In this document: positions 28,281 through 37,861 of the stretch, piece by piece
Layout: each line of letters begins with the position of its first letter
Numbering within the stretch: position 1 is the stretch's first letter
From: Dehalococcoidia bacterium
Lineage (GTDB): Bacteria; Chloroflexota; Dehalococcoidia; UBA2979
Reading direction: 5' to 3'
DNA: 64,000 bases
NCBI GenBank assembly: GCA_964291495.2
Contig: OZ219871.1
Coordinates: 864,001 to 928,000, forward strand
The notes under the pieces: model-generated
What the model was told of the DNA's origin: nothing
The model's database searches: none
The model's input: only the letters and a program-made list of their open reading frames with translations
Made by a program: the position numbers and the translations under genes

Positions 28281-28970
28281 GTGGAGAAGCTGATCTACGT
28301 CCTCGAGGGCGGGAGCGCGCCGCTCGCGGAGCGTCGGGCGCGGCTGGCCGAGGCGGCAGTCCCCGCGGCGCGTGGCGTCGGCGCCTCGCAGTTGGCGCTG
28401 CTGATCCCGGACCTGACGGACGAGCTCCTCGATCGCGCCCCGGCGCGCATACAGGGGGACTTTGGGCGGGTCGCCGCCGTCTTCGAGTGCTGGCTGCCCA
28501 ACCTCGACGCCCGCGCCTCCGTCGAGGAGGCGTTGCGCGCGGGCAGCGGCGACGCCGCCCTGTGGGGCTACCTCGTGACCGAGTCGACGGTGCAGGCCTG
28601 CCCGCACACGCCCGGCGAGGGCGAGCGTGTGCCCGGCGTGACGCAGTTCGCGATCAACGACAAGCCCGCGAGCGTGAGCCTCGATGACTTCTACCGCGCG
28701 TGGCAGGAGACGCACTCGCCGCGCACCTTCGCCCTGCATCCGCTGCGCGAGTCCTACATCCGCCACGCCGTCGCGCGGCGGCTCACCACCGATGCGCCGC
28801 AGTACCTCGCGATCGTCTACGAGCGCTTCCCAAGCATGGACGTCTTCACCGACGACGCCCGCTACGCGGGCGAGCGCGCCGCGATTCGCGAGGTGTTCAG
28901 GAACCTGCCGAACTTCTGGGAGCCCTCGACGGCGATCGTGGGCGCGCTCAGCGAGTACCGCTTCGCCTGA
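28281..28970 (+). CDS. EthD-domain protein
   Basis: DDFYRAWQETHSP, YIRHAVAR, AIVYE.F pattern. Confidence 0.75.
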   Translation: MEKLIYVLEGGSAPLAERRARLAEAAVPAARGVGASQLALLIPDLTDELLDRAPARIQGDFGRVAAVFECWLPNLDARASVEEALRAGSGDAALWGYLVTESTVQACPHTPGEGERVPGVTQFAINDKPASVSLDDFYRAWQETHSPRTFALHPLRESYIRHAVARRLTTDAPQYLAIVYERFPSMDVFTDDARYAGERAAIREVFRNLPNFWEPSTAIVGALSEYRFA

Positions 28971-29275
28971 GGGAGGTGCGAGATGGAGATCCAGCCCGGA
29001 GACGCCGCCGTCATCACCGGCGCGGGCAGCGCATCCCTTCCGGTCCCCTCTCCCCGAGGGAGAGGGTTAGGGTGAGGGAGGGTCCGCCCTCCGGGATTGC
29101 GTTGCGCCATCGGGGCTCTCGGAGGCGCGCGGAAGTCTTCCCCCTCACCCCCGCCCTCTCCCCAGGGAGAGGGAGCCGGATCGGGCTTGTGGGAGTTTCG
29201 CAAGGGTCGCCTGAGGGAGGTGCGAGATGGAGATCCAGCCCGGAGACGCCGCCGTCATCACCGGCGCGGGCAGCG
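28963..29275 (+). repeat. perfect 69-bp direct repeats (28963-29031, 29207-29275) flanking a 175-bp insert
   Basis: Repeat carries the EthD stop, the RBS and the first 16 codons of the SDR. Confidence 0.95.
29032..29206. mobile_element. non-autonomous REP-pair/MITE-like element
   Basis: Two ~40-bp palindromic CCCTCTCCC..GGGAGAGGG units in inverted orientation; no ORF. Confidence 0.7.
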
Positions 29276-30034
29276 GCCTCGGCGAGGGGCTCGCGCAAGT
29301 CTGCCACGAGGCCGGCATGCGCGTCGCCGTCGCCGACATCGAGCTCGACGAGGCCGAGCGCGTGGCCTCGGAGATTCGTGAGGCCGGCGGCGAGGCGATC
29401 GCCGTGCTGACGGACGTCTCCGACCGCGCGTCGGTCGAGGCGCTGGCGGCGCGCGCCTACGAGGAGTTCGGGGAGGTGCGCCTGCTCTGCAACAACGCGG
29501 GCGTGCAGGTCTTCGATTCGCTGGTCGACACCTCGGCGGACGACTGGAGCTGGGTGCTGGGCGTGAACCTCCACGGGGTCATCAACGGCGTCGCCGCCTT
29601 CGTCCCGCGCATGCGGCCAGACCGGCGCCGCCTACATCGTCAACACCGGCTCGATCAGCGGCTGCGCTCCGTACCCGCGGCCGGCGACGATGCTGGCGGG
29701 CGCGTACATCACCTCGAAGTACGCGGTAGTCGGCCTGACGGAGTCGCTCCACGACGAGCTGGAGCCGGACGGCATCGGCGTCACCGCGCTCTGCCCGGCC
29801 GGCATCCGCTCGCGCATCTTCGATGCCGCTCGCAACCGCCCGGAGGCGCTCGGCGGAGCGGCGCCGGCGTCCGTGGATCAGTGGGAGGGCATGGAGCCCA
29901 CGGAGATCGGGCGGATGGTGCTGGACGCCGTCCGCGAGGACCGGCCCTTCGTCTTCACGGACACCTGGCCCCGCAGGTTCATCGAGCGTCGCCATCAGCG
30001 GATGATGGCAGCCTTCGATCTTCTGGAGGCGTAG
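29227..30034 (+). pseudogene. short-chain dehydrogenase/reductase, frameshifted near 29617
   Basis: TGAGSGLG and NNAG in one frame; YIVNTGS and YITSK in another. Confidence 0.85.
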
Positions 30035-30042
30035 CGCCGGCG

Positions 30043-31272
30043 ATGGCGCGCGCCGTCGAGGGAGTCACAGCAGGCGGCGCGTTCGCCTCGTTCCGTGCGC
30101 CCGGCTTCCGGCGCGTCTGGCTGGGCGCCGTGCTCTACGCCCTCAGCCTCTGGGCCGAGCGCCTCGTGATCGGCTGGTTCGTGCTGGACGTGACCGGCTC
30201 GGTGCTGCTGGCCGCGCTCTCGCTCGGCATCCGCGGAATTCCCAACCTCGTGCTGGGTCCGGTCAGCGGGGCGGTCTCCGACCGTTTCCCGCGCGGCCGG
30301 GTACTGGCCGTGACCTCACTCGTGCGCGGCGTGGCGGTAGCGCTGATGTCGCTCGTGGTGATCGTCGACGTGGCGACGGTCCCGCTCATGCTCGCGCTGG
30401 TGCTCGTGACGGGCTCCGCGGCGCCGTTCCACATCACCTCGCTGATGCCGCTGCAGGCGGAGATCGTGGGAACGGCCCGCCTCGGGAACGCGATCACCCT
30501 CACATCATTCGGTCAGCAAGTAGTGGGGGCCGTTGGCGCGATCGGCGGCGGCGCGCTGATCGGCTGGCTCGGACCGGAACCGACCTTGCTCGTGGCCGCG
30601 CTGCCGCTCGTCGGCTCCGCCCTGGTCTTCGCCGGGCTGCAGCCATCGGCGCGGCCATCCCCCGTGCGAGCGCCGCTCTTCCGCGAGGTGCTGAACGGCC
30701 TCCGGGTCCTGGCGAGGACGCCGGCGGTGCGGCTGCTGCTGGGGATGATGATCGCCGCTACGATCCTCGGCTTCTCGTTCGCCAGCATGCTGCCCGCAGT
30801 GGCTGAACGGATCCTCGAGGTGGGCCCGGAGGGCCTCGGCGTGCTCACGGCGGGGGTGGCCGTGGGTGCGGTGCTCGGCACCGCGCTGCTCCTGCTCGCG
30901 ATCGATCGGCTGCCGCACGGGCTGATGCTGGTGGCGGTGTTCGTGACGTTCGGCCTGCTCGTGGTCGTGCTCGGGAACTCGACGATCTTCTGGCTCTCGG
31001 TCGCCGCGACCGCCGGCATCGGCGTCTCGGCCGCGATGGTCGACTCGCTGCAGTGGACCATGCTGCAGGTGAGCGTGGGGCCCGAACTGCGCGGACGCGC
31101 CGTCGGCGGCTGGAACTTCGCGATCGGCTGGAGCTGGGTCGGCCCGGTCGCGCTCGGCGCGCTGGCGGAGGCGACGAGCGTAGGGGCGGCACTGACGTTG
31201 AGCGGGGCGCTGCTCGTCGTCTTCTCGCTCGCCTGCCTCGCTCTCTCGCCGATGCTGCGGGAACGGCGCTGA
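30043..31272 (+). CDS. MFS transporter (copy 1)
   Basis: About 12 TM segments, GAVSDRFPR motif A, ELRGRA. Confidence 0.9.
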   Translation: MARAVEGVTAGGAFASFRAPGFRRVWLGAVLYALSLWAERLVIGWFVLDVTGSVLLAALSLGIRGIPNLVLGPVSGAVSDRFPRGRVLAVTSLVRGVAVALMSLVVIVDVATVPLMLALVLVTGSAAPFHITSLMPLQAEIVGTARLGNAITLTSFGQQVVGAVGAIGGGALIGWLGPEPTLLVAALPLVGSALVFAGLQPSARPSPVRAPLFREVLNGLRVLARTPAVRLLLGMMIAATILGFSFASMLPAVAERILEVGPEGLGVLTAGVAVGAVLGTALLLLAIDRLPHGLMLVAVFVTFGLLVVVLGNSTIFWLSVAATAGIGVSAAMVDSLQWTMLQVSVGPELRGRAVGGWNFAIGWSWVGPVALGALAEATSVGAALTLSGALLVVFSLACLALSPMLRERR

Positions 31273-31315
31273 GGATGACGGCCGCCCCCGACGTGCTGGA
31301 GACGTAGCAACCGCG

Positions 31316-32554
31316 ATGGCCGGCGCAAGCGAGGGAGATGGCGCGACGGCGAGCGGCGTGTTCGCCATGTTCCGCGTGCCCCGGTTCCGGCGGGTCTGGC
31401 TGGGCGCGGTGCTGTTCGCGCTCGGCTTCTGGATGGAGCGCCTCGCGGTCGGCTGGTTCGTCCTCGATCTGACCGGTTCGGTGCTGCTCGCCGCGCTCTC
31501 GCTCGGCATCCGCGCGATTCCGAACCTCGTACTGGGCCCCATTGGCGGGGCGGTGTCCGACCGCCTGCCGCGAGGTCGCGTGCTGGCAGCCGCCGCGCTC
31601 GTGCGCGCCCTCGCCGTCGCCCTGATGGCGCTCGTCGTGATCGTCGACGTGGCGACGGTCCCGCTGCTGTTCGCCCTCGTGCTTGTGACGAGCTCGACGC
31701 TGGCGTTCCACATCACCTCGCTGCAGGCGCTCCAGGCGGAGATCGCGGGGACGGCGCGCCTCGCGAACGCGATCAGCCTGACCACGTTCGGCGAGCGCGC
31801 GGTGGGCGCCGTCGGCGCGCTCGGCGGCGGCGCGCTGATCGGCTGGCTCGGGCCCGAACCGACCTTCCTCGCAGCCGCGCTGTCGCTCGCCTGTGCCGCG
31901 GTGGTCTTCGCCGGCCTGCGTCCCCCGGCGCAGCTGCCCGTGGCGCGGGCGCACCTGTTCCGCGAGGTGCTGGACGGCCTGCGAATGCTCGCGGGGACGC
32001 CTGCCGTGCGGCTGCTGCTGGGGATGATGATCGCCGTCGAGGTCCTGGGCATCTCGTTCGCAAGCATGCTGCCCGCCGTCGCCGAGCGCGTCCTCGAGGT
32101 CGGCCCGGAGCGCCTCGGCGTGCTCACCGCCGGGGTGGCCGTGGGCGCGATGTTCGGCACCGCGCTGCTCGTGTTCACGGCCGACAGGCTGCCGCACGGG
32201 CCGCTGCTGGTCGCCGTGTTCGTGACGTTCGGCCTGCTCGTGGTCGTGCTCGGCAACTCGACGGTCTTCTGGCTCTCGGTCGCGGCCACCGCCGGAATCG
32301 GCGCCTCGGCGGCGATGGTCGACGCGCTGCAATGGATCATGCTGCAGCTCAACGTGCGCGCCGAGGAGCGCGGGCGCGCCCTCGGCGGCTGGAACTTCGC
32401 GATCGGCTGGGGCTGGCTCGGTCCGCTCACGCTCGGCGCGGTGGCCGAGGCGAGGAGCGTGCCGCTGGCGCTGACGCTCAACGGGACGCTGCTCGTGGTC
32501 GTCGCGGTTGCGGCGTTCGCCGCATCGGCGACGCTGCGGCAACGGCGGCGCTGA
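31316..32554 (+). CDS. MFS transporter (copy 2, tandem paralogue)
   Basis: Collinear and highly similar to 30043-31272. Confidence 0.9.
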   Translation: MAGASEGDGATASGVFAMFRVPRFRRVWLGAVLFALGFWMERLAVGWFVLDLTGSVLLAALSLGIRAIPNLVLGPIGGAVSDRLPRGRVLAAAALVRALAVALMALVVIVDVATVPLLFALVLVTSSTLAFHITSLQALQAEIAGTARLANAISLTTFGERAVGAVGALGGGALIGWLGPEPTFLAAALSLACAAVVFAGLRPPAQLPVARAHLFREVLDGLRMLAGTPAVRLLLGMMIAVEVLGISFASMLPAVAERVLEVGPERLGVLTAGVAVGAMFGTALLVFTADRLPHGPLLVAVFVTFGLLVVVLGNSTVFWLSVAATAGIGASAAMVDALQWIMLQLNVRAEERGRALGGWNFAIGWGWLGPLTLGAVAEARSVPLALTLNGTLLVVVAVAAFAASATLRQRRR

Positions 32555-32653
32555 GGCCGAATGGCGGCGTCCGCCGGGGTGGCGCTACCCTCGCGGCAGC
32601 CGATCGGCGCGGCCGGGGCCCTCCGGGCCGGGCGAGCAGAGGAGACGAGCCGC

Positions 32654-32944
32654 ATGCCTCGATACGTCGTGCTCTACCGCTTCACCGACTCCGGGCGGAA
32701 GCACCTGAAGGAGACGGTGCACCGCGCCAGCGAGATCCGCGAACTGAACGAGGCCGCGGGCTTCGACGTGCTCGCCCACTACTGGACGCAGGGCCACTAC
32801 GACCTCGTAACGGTCGTAGACGCGCCGAGCGAGGAGGCGATGATGAACGGCCTGTTCAGCATCGCCGAGGCGGGCAACGTCTCCAGCGAGACGCTGCGCG
32901 CCTTCACGGACGAGGAGATGCAGCGAATCATCGGCCCCGCCTAG
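32654..32944 (+). CDS. GYD domain protein
   Basis: MPRYVVLYRFTDSG...YWTQGHYDLV...GNVSSETLRAF. Confidence 0.88.
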   Translation: MPRYVVLYRFTDSGRKHLKETVHRASEIRELNEAAGFDVLAHYWTQGHYDLVTVVDAPSEEAMMNGLFSIAEAGNVSSETLRAFTDEEMQRIIGPA

Positions 32945-32977
32945 CACGCCCGCAGGCGGCGCAGGCGCTGGGGCTGC

Positions 32978-33463
32978 TCAGCCCGACGCCACCGCCGCGG
33001 CGTCATGAGGCTGAACGGCCGCCCTGTCCTCGACCACCAGTGAGCGACCGAGGCTCTCGAGGGCCTTCTCGACCGACGTGATGTGGGATCGGTGCCCGGG
33101 ATCGAGCAGCCGGCGTACGGCGTTCTCCTGCAAGCCGAGGCGGGCGGCGAGGGCGACGTTTGTCACGCCCTGCTCGCGCATGGCGGTATAGAGGGCCAAC
33201 TTCGCCGCGATGATCGGCGAGACGGAAACCAGCACCTGACCCTCGGCCAGCGCGCTGGGAGCCGGGATGTCCTCGCGGGCCTTCACGCACATGCCGAGGG
33301 CAACTTCGAGGCAGTCCCTGGCCAGTTCGATCGCTTCCGCCCGGGACCACCCGCCCGAGTTGGCTCCGTACACGTCGGGGAAGCTCACCGTGTAGGCTTC
33401 TCGCCCGGTCGCTCGCGCCTCCTTCTCATCGAGCAGGATGTTGCATGGATAGGCGTAGCGCAT
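32978..33463 (-). CDS. hicB: HicB antitoxin with HTH
   Basis: MRYAYP, VSFPDV, AKLALYTAMREQGV..ALAARLG. Confidence 0.9.
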   Translation of the reverse strand: MRYAYPCNILLDEKEARATGREAYTVSFPDVYGANSGGWSRAEAIELARDCLEVALGMCVKAREDIPAPSALAEGQVLVSVSPIIAAKLALYTAMREQGVTNVALAARLGLQENAVRRLLDPGHRSHITSVEKALESLGRSLVVEDRAAVQPHDAAAVASG

Positions 33464-33466
33464 GAC

Positions 33467-33673
33467 CTACAGCTCCCCCCTGTCGATGTGCAGGTCCCGC
33501 AGCATCGACGCCAGCGTCCCCGCCGGAATCTCGCCGTGCGGGACAGTGGTCCTGTAAGGGCCCAGACGGACCTCCGAGTGGCTGCCCTTCCCACGGCTGG
33601 GGGAGTAGTCGAAGTCGAGCGCGTGCCTCCGGGCGTATCGACGGGCGCGCCTGACGAACTCCCTGCCGTTCAC
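33467..33673 (-). CDS. hicA: HicA toxin
   Basis: RGKGSH, TTVP.GEI..GTL.SMLRDL. Confidence 0.88.
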   Translation of the reverse strand: MNGREFVRRARRYARRHALDFDYSPSRGKGSHSEVRLGPYRTTVPHGEIPAGTLASMLRDLHIDRGEL

Positions 33674-33684
33674 TGCTCATTCCA

Positions 33685-33698
33685 GCACAAATTTGTGC
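33685..33698. promoter_or_regulatory. perfect 14-bp palindrome GCACAAATTTGTGC, putative HicB operator
   Basis: 11 nt upstream of hicA start. Confidence 0.7.
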
Positions 33699-33739
33699 GA
33701 TCAGGCAAGCTGCGCTGCGGGCCCTCGAGCGGGCTGCGC

Positions 33740-34165
33740 TCAGCCGGACTGCGGCTCCGGGTCGTGGTTGAACTGCCAGTTGATGCCGAACTTGTCCGTG
33801 CAGGCCCCGAAGTAGGAGCCCCAGAACATCTCCTCAAGCGGCATCGTCACCACGCCGCCCTCGGAGACCCCTGCGAAGAGCTCGTCCGTCTCCTCCCGGG
33901 TGGCGGGCATGCAGGAGATCGAGAAGTTGTTGCCCGGCTGCGTCGGCTCCGGCGACCAGGACGGCGTGTCGCTGCCCATCAGCACGCTCGACCCGATCGG
34001 ATACGAGACGTGCATGACGAGGTCGCGCTCGCCCTCGGGAACCGGCATGTCGTCCGGCCCGTCGCCGAAGGTCATCATCTCGAACTCGCCGCCGAAGACG
34101 GAGCGGTAGAACTCGAAGGCCTCGCGGCATTCGCCGTTGAAGCGCAGGTAGGTGTAGAGCGTCAT
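33740..34165 (-). CDS. VOC family PhnB-like protein
   Basis: YLRFNGECREAFEFY, LMGSD, MFWGSYFG..TDKFGINW. Confidence 0.9.
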   Translation of the reverse strand: MTLYTYLRFNGECREAFEFYRSVFGGEFEMMTFGDGPDDMPVPEGERDLVMHVSYPIGSSVLMGSDTPSWSPEPTQPGNNFSISCMPATREETDELFAGVSEGGVVTMPLEEMFWGSYFGACTDKFGINWQFNHDPEPQSG

Positions 34166-34376
34166 GGGTGCTTCTCCGTTCGCCGATGTCCCGTTTTGAG
34201 CCGGATCCCGGCCCCTGGCACAGCGATGTTACTCCAACCGTCGCGGTAGCAACAGCAGCAAGCCCCACTGCCGGGCTGGTTGGCAGACGGTGCGGCCCCC
34301 GTATAATCCGGCCCACGAGGCGCCACAGCCGCGGCTCCGCCGGCCGGAGCGCATCGCAAGCCTCGAGGGGGCGTGG

Positions 34377-34952
34377 ATGAGCGAAGCACGAGACACGAGT
34401 TGCCGCGACGAGTGCGCACCGCACTTCGGCCAGCGAGGACCGTCCAAGTTCTCGCGGGCCGCGTTGAACGCGCCGATGATCTGGAACTTCGCCGAGTCCG
34501 TCCACGACGCCAACCCGGTCTACTGGGACGAGTCCTACGCGAAGCAGACGCGCTTCGGCCGCATCATCGCCCCGCCCCACTCGATCATGACCATGTCCGG
34601 CGGCCACTGGTGGGCGCCCGACTACATCCTCGAGCGCGAGGAGCAGGAGATCGAGGCCCAGGGCGAGGATCCGACCGAGACGATCCGCGAGATCGTCGCG
34701 AAGTACGGCTACGCAACGGCCACCAACGTCACCCGCGAGGACGAGTTCCTCCAGCCCTACGGCCCGGGCGACGGCCGCATCAAGCAGACCAGCTACGTTG
34801 ACGACGTCAGCGAGGAGAAGCAGACGGCCGTCGGCAAGGGCGTCTTCATCATCACCATCATCGAGTACCGGCGCGAGGTCGACGACGAGATGATCGCCCG
34901 CGCCCGCAACGTGCTGCTGATGTACGACTCGAGCCAGCCGCGGGAGAGCTAG
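34377..34952 (+). CDS. MaoC-like dehydratase (hot-dog fold, N-type subunit)
   Basis: FAESVHDANPVYWDE.YA..RFGRIIAPP. Confidence 0.82.
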   Translation: MSEARDTSCRDECAPHFGQRGPSKFSRAALNAPMIWNFAESVHDANPVYWDESYAKQTRFGRIIAPPHSIMTMSGGHWWAPDYILEREEQEIEAQGEDPTETIREIVAKYGYATATNVTREDEFLQPYGPGDGRIKQTSYVDDVSEEKQTAVGKGVFIITIIEYRREVDDEMIARARNVLLMYDSSQPRES

Positions 34953-34978
34953 CCCGCTAGCACCAAAGGAGCGAAACC

Positions 34979-35410
34979 ATGGCCTTCTTCGAGGACCGCG
35001 ATTGGGACACCGTGTCCGAGGGCTCCAGCCTGCAGCCGCTGGAGTTCGGCCCGATCACCATGACCACCCAGGTCATGGACGCCTCGGGCACGCGCGACCT
35101 CTACCCGATCCACCACGACCGGGAGTTCGCGAAGGCGAACGGCGCGCGCGACATCTTCCTCAACACGATGTGGTACCAGGGCCTGCTCGGCCGCTTCGTC
35201 AACGAGTGGGGCGGGCCGGAGTCCTTCATCCGCAAGCTCAGCTTCGACATGCGCGCGACGAACTGCCCGGGCGACCTGCTGACCGTGCGCGGCACGGTCA
35301 CGAAGAAGTACGAGCAGGAGGGCCAGAAGCTGGTCGACCTGGACGTGCGAATCGACAACCAGATCCAGCCCGACACCGTGACCGCGCGGATCACGCTTGA
35401 GCTCGTCTAG
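34979..35410 (+). CDS. MaoC-like dehydratase (catalytic subunit)
   Basis: GTRDLYPIHHDREFA hydratase motif, PGDLLTVRGTV. Confidence 0.85.
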   Translation: MAFFEDRDWDTVSEGSSLQPLEFGPITMTTQVMDASGTRDLYPIHHDREFAKANGARDIFLNTMWYQGLLGRFVNEWGGPESFIRKLSFDMRATNCPGDLLTVRGTVTKKYEQEGQKLVDLDVRIDNQIQPDTVTARITLELV

Positions 35411-35466
35411 CCTCGCGGGCCCTGCGCCAACGACGCGCCCCCGGGCCTGAGCCGGGAGGAATCACC

Positions 35467-37842
35467 GTGAGCATCCTCGCAGGCGTGCGTGTCGTCGCGA
35501 TCCCCGGCTCGATGGGCGCCGCCGCCTGGACGGCGAAGCACCTCGCCGACTGGGGCGCGGACGTCACGCTGCTCGAGCCCCCCGAGGGCGCGGCCTTGCG
35601 CGAGGCGCCGCCCTGGTACGAGGTAGACGGCGAGCGGCGCAGCGCGACCTGGACCTGGGTCTCGCGCGGGGCCACCTCCGTGCGCGTCGGCGATGGCCTG
35701 GCCACCACCCCGGCCGACGCCCGCACCGCCTGCGAGCAGGCCGACATCGCGGTGGTCGACGCCGATATGGCGGAGCGCATGCTGGGACTCGCACCCACCG
35801 AGCTGCGCGGCGCCCTCGAGGGCCGGACGACTGCGCTGCTGATCACGCCGTTCGCCACGGACGGGCCGTACGCGGACTACCGCGCGTCCGACCTGGGGGT
35901 GAACTCGCTCGGCGGCTGGACCGGGATGCTCGGCGAGCCGGACCGGGAACCGCTGCGGCCGGGCGGGGACATGAACGCGCGCGTGACCGGGGTCTACGGC
36001 TTCGACTCGTTGCTGATCGCGCTGCACCACCAGGCGCGCGGCGCGGCGCCTGCATTCATCGAGCTCTCGCAGCAGGCGGTCGCCGCCGCGAGCCTGACCG
36101 CGCCGTGGATGGTCTACAGCATGACCGCCGGCGCGGGGGCGATGCAGCGGCGCCCGTCGCAGTGGCCGCACAGCGTGCTGCCCTGCAAGGACGGCTGGGC
36201 GGCGATCTCGCCCCTCACCTTCCAGCACTGGGAGCTGCTCTGCCAGCTGCTCGGCATCGACGACATCCTCGAGGAGCCGTGGGGGCGCGACCCGGCGTGG
36301 CGACAGGAGCACGGCAACGAGCTGCTGCCGCGCGTGGAACCGTGGTTCGCGGCGCGCACGCGCGAGGAGATCTACACCGAGTCGCAGGCGTGGCGGCTGC
36401 CGGCCGGGCCTGTCGACACCGTCGCACAGCGCGAGGACTGCCCCCAGCTCAACGCGCGCGGCTTCTTCATCGACCAGGAGATCGAGGGCGCGACGGTGAA
36501 GGCGCCGCGCGTCCCCTACCTGCTCAGCGCGGGCGACCCGATCGAGCGCGGTGACCTGGTCGAGGCGGAGCGGCCCGCCCTCGCCGGAGGTGAGACTCCG
36601 CCCGGTGGTGGGGGACCCTCGCGGCCGTTCGAGGGCGTGCGCGTGGTCGACCTGACGTGGTTCTGGTCGGGGCCGCACTGCACGATGACGATGGGCGCGC
36701 TCGGCGCCGACGTGATCAAGGTGGAGTCGATCCAGCGGCCGGACTCCTACCGCTACACCGCCGTCGACGCATCGGCGGAGCGCTGGTACGAGCGCGGCGC
36801 GCTCTGGAACGACACGAACCCGAACAAGCGCAGCGTCACGCTGAACCTGGAGAGCGAGACGGGGATGGCGTTCCTCGTACAGCTGCTCCAGCAGGCGGAC
36901 GTGGTGGTCAGCAACTTCTCGAACCGCGTGCTGCCGAACCTCGGGCTTACGGTCGAGCGCTTCCACGAGATCAATCCGCGCCTGGTCGTCGCGCTGCTGC
37001 CCGGCTACGGACCGGACGGGCCGTGGGGCCACTTCGTTGGCTACGGCGTGAGCTTCGAGCAGGCCGTGGTCGCGCAGCTGACCGGCTATCCGGACGACCG
37101 ACCGCTGATCAACGGCGGCTTCTCCGACACGCTCGTCGGCATGCACGCGCTCGCGGCGATCACGCTCTCGCTGCGCGCGCGGGAGCACACAGGCAAGGGC
37201 AGCTACGCCGAGGTGCCGCAGTGCGAGGTCCTCGACAGCCTGCTTGGGCCCGAGCACATCGCCGTCGGCCACGGCGAGCCCTCGCGGATGCGGATGGCGA
37301 ACCGCCACGAGTCGATGGCGCCGCACAACGTCTACCCCGTCGCCGGCCAGGACGAGTGGATCAGCATCGCAGTGGCCGGCGACGAGGAGTTCGCCGCCCT
37401 CGCGACGGCGATCGACGCGCCGCACCTCGCGGAGGACGAGCGCTTCGCGACGGCGGAGGGCCGCAAGGCGCACGAGGACGACCTCGACGCGGGGATCGCG
37501 GCGGCCGTCCGCGATCGCGACCTGGTGAAGCTGGAGCGCACGCTGCAGGCGGCGGGCGTGATGGGCTGCCGCGTCTCCAAGCCCTACCTGCTCACCGAGG
37601 ACGAGAACCTGGTGCACCTCGACTTCTTCCAGAGGCTGGACCGCGAGCTGACGGGCACGCACCCGTTCAAGACCTTCCCCTTCCGCTTCAGCACCTTCGA
37701 CCTGCGGCACCGCATGCCGCCGCCGCTGCTCGGCCAGCACAACCACGAGGTGCTGACGGAACTCGGCGTGGACGACGACGCGATTCGCGCGCTCGAGGAG
37801 CAGCAGGAGATCGGCATCGAGCCGCTCGGCTTCAACGCCTGA
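35467..37842 (+). CDS. double-domain class III CoA-transferase
   Basis: Two CaiB domains; the second has WSGPHCT and FSDTLVG (Asp), the first is degenerate. Confidence 0.9.
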   Translation: MSILAGVRVVAIPGSMGAAAWTAKHLADWGADVTLLEPPEGAALREAPPWYEVDGERRSATWTWVSRGATSVRVGDGLATTPADARTACEQADIAVVDADMAERMLGLAPTELRGALEGRTTALLITPFATDGPYADYRASDLGVNSLGGWTGMLGEPDREPLRPGGDMNARVTGVYGFDSLLIALHHQARGAAPAFIELSQQAVAAASLTAPWMVYSMTAGAGAMQRRPSQWPHSVLPCKDGWAAISPLTFQHWELLCQLLGIDDILEEPWGRDPAWRQEHGNELLPRVEPWFAARTREEIYTESQAWRLPAGPVDTVAQREDCPQLNARGFFIDQEIEGATVKAPRVPYLLSAGDPIERGDLVEAERPALAGGETPPGGGGPSRPFEGVRVVDLTWFWSGPHCTMTMGALGADVIKVESIQRPDSYRYTAVDASAERWYERGALWNDTNPNKRSVTLNLESETGMAFLVQLLQQADVVVSNFSNRVLPNLGLTVERFHEINPRLVVALLPGYGPDGPWGHFVGYGVSFEQAVVAQLTGYPDDRPLINGGFSDTLVGMHALAAITLSLRAREHTGKGSYAEVPQCEVLDSLLGPEHIAVGHGEPSRMRMANRHESMAPHNVYPVAGQDEWISIAVAGDEEFAALATAIDAPHLAEDERFATAEGRKAHEDDLDAGIAAAVRDRDLVKLERTLQAAGVMGCRVSKPYLLTEDENLVHLDFFQRLDRELTGTHPFKTFPFRFSTFDLRHRMPPPLLGQHNHEVLTELGVDDDAIRALEEQQEIGIEPLGFNA

Positions 37843-37861
37843 GCCGCCGGAGGGCCAGCCA

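Noticed and set aside
29227-31272. 681-aa SDR-MFS fusion ORF
   Set aside because: The middle is out-of-frame SDR sequence; explained by a frameshift and a separate MFS start at 30043
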